NCBI GenBank assembly: GCA_012862495.1
Contig: BLSG01000088.1
Coordinates: 17,440-78,653 of the forward strand
Origin: Thraustochytrium aureum
Lineage: Eukaryota
Reading direction: 5' to 3'
Length of the DNA: 61,214 nucleotides
Positions 59,867-61,214 of this stretch are shown here, piece by piece. Under the pieces are notes generated by a model, which was not told the DNA's origin, made no database searches, and saw nothing but the letters and a program-made list of their open reading frames with translations. The position numbers were made by a program, and so were the translations under genes. Each line of letters starts with the position of its first letter. Position 1 is the stretch's first letter.

Positions 59867-61214
59867 CGTGGGTAGTGAGTGTCCTTCGTGATGTGGCTCT
59901 GTGATGTTGCTTGCACACGTGTGGAGTAATCTTCTTCAGCATCTTCATTTTCATCGCCGAGATCTCCAGGGACTCGGACGCCATCCATCCCTCCGAGGCC
60001 GGCCGGCCCTGCCGATGCGCGCGAACTTGTCCTGCACGCACTCGTGTAAATGTTGATCAGTACCGGCACAATCCTGCAGCCTTGCTCGCTCCACGGGCAG
60101 CTGCAGGATTGCGCCGGCTCGGCGCCATCAATCATCGCCATGATTCCTGACGTGGACGCTGGCGTGGATGGATTGGCTTGGTCGCGTTCAGGCGCCGAGC
60201 TCGAGCTGGCGGCGGGCCACGGTGCTGCCTGCCGGCGGGTCGTGCGAGATCGACCCTGGTTGCTAGCGGCCGCAGTTGGTGTGTTGGCGTGACGTGGTGG
60301 AGATGGGCGCAAAGTCGGTGCGGATGGATGCGGCCCATCTGCTCGGTAGAGTAACTCTGTGCATACTGTAGGCCTTTGGAGCGATGGCGATGGGCGTTCT
60401 CGTGGCGCAAAGGCCTTTGCATGCGGGAAACGGTGGCCATCGGCACCCAGTTGCCGATGTCGGAAAGCCTGTTTCGCCAGGAGGTGCGTGCAACGGCAAG
60501 CGGAGATGGGCCGCTTCTTCGCTGCAAGGTCACCGTGCGGCCTTGCTGCGCTTCAAGGTTGCGTCTCGGTGGCAGCAGCGCGCCAGGCACCACTTCACCG
60601 GTAGTGGGCGTCCGTTTACGTCAACCGCAAACATCAACCGCCTACACCACCTTACTTGAAGCTGGTTCGCGGCGGCGAAGGTACCGAGTCGCAGCGCCAG
60701 CCCACGCACTGACGCTATGAGACAGCACGCGAGCCGCGCATCCTGGCCAGGAGTTTGCCGCTGCTCGGTGACGAGTTCCAGTCCTGGCTGGAATGGAATC
60801 CCCACCTCCCACATCTGCCGCATTTCAGTATTGAGCCTCAGTACTCCATTTTCGGCTTCTCACTGAACGCTGGATCGATCAATTCAGCTCGTGTCGCGCA
60901 CCGATCGCCCTCGGGTGTCCCGCGCGTACCGTTCTCGGGTACCCAGGCGTAGAGCAAGCACCGCGTAGGTTCACGGCCCGCAACGCGTTCTCGTTGACAA
61001 GATGTGCGGATCTCGTTCCGGGCCCTGGAAGTGAGAATGCGCCAGGTTCAACTGCTGGTTTCCAGCACTTGCTGTTTTTCGAGCTGTATCATGTGGATGC
61101 GTGCGCTGCCTGCGCATGTCGGTTGGAACGGCGGTGGAGCAATCACCCAACGCAAGACAACATCGAAAGGCAAGCAATAGCAGCAAGAGCCGCAGCAAAC
61201 GCACGACACGAAAG

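Noticed and set aside
60050..61214. Possible intron-rich gene at the window end
   Set aside because: A GTAAG donor occurs near 60655 on the minus strand, but no coherent product could be built.

Overview
GC-rich, gene-dense, mostly intron-poor eukaryotic scaffold with many N-gaps and single-base indels. Gene content and style suggest a flagellated protist, possibly a thraustochytrid or other stramenopile (inference only). No rRNA, tRNA, CRISPR array or recognisable transposase was seen. Recognisable genes, in order: HIRA, WDR27, a ZnT5/Msc2-type CDF zinc transporter, DEPDC5/IML1, a UBA-like hypothetical protein, an IQ + 2xWW protein, TMEM256/DUF423, a membrane-protein fragment, a Cys-cluster hypothetical protein, WDR31 (partial), a divergent SLC12/CCC transporter, PIG-X, a hypothetical protein, a tandem paralog pair, ataxin-10, a CAMKK-like kinase and a spliced SH3BGR-family gene. 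The most unusual item is the paralog pair at about 47.0-52.3 kb. The two genes share a ~200-aa C-terminal region ending in a dynein microtubule-binding-domain-like helical module, and one also carries a CEP164-like WW module. Frameshifts hide this in the ORF track. Also noted: an AT-rich TTCCG-N3-ACAACGGT motif cluster in a divergent intergenic region, CTAG/AGCT palindromes near gene 3' ends, ion-site substitutions in the CCC transporter, apparent DEP-domain loss in DEPDC5, and two or three N-gaps that close with no missing sequence. All homology calls are from recalled family motifs; no searches were run.
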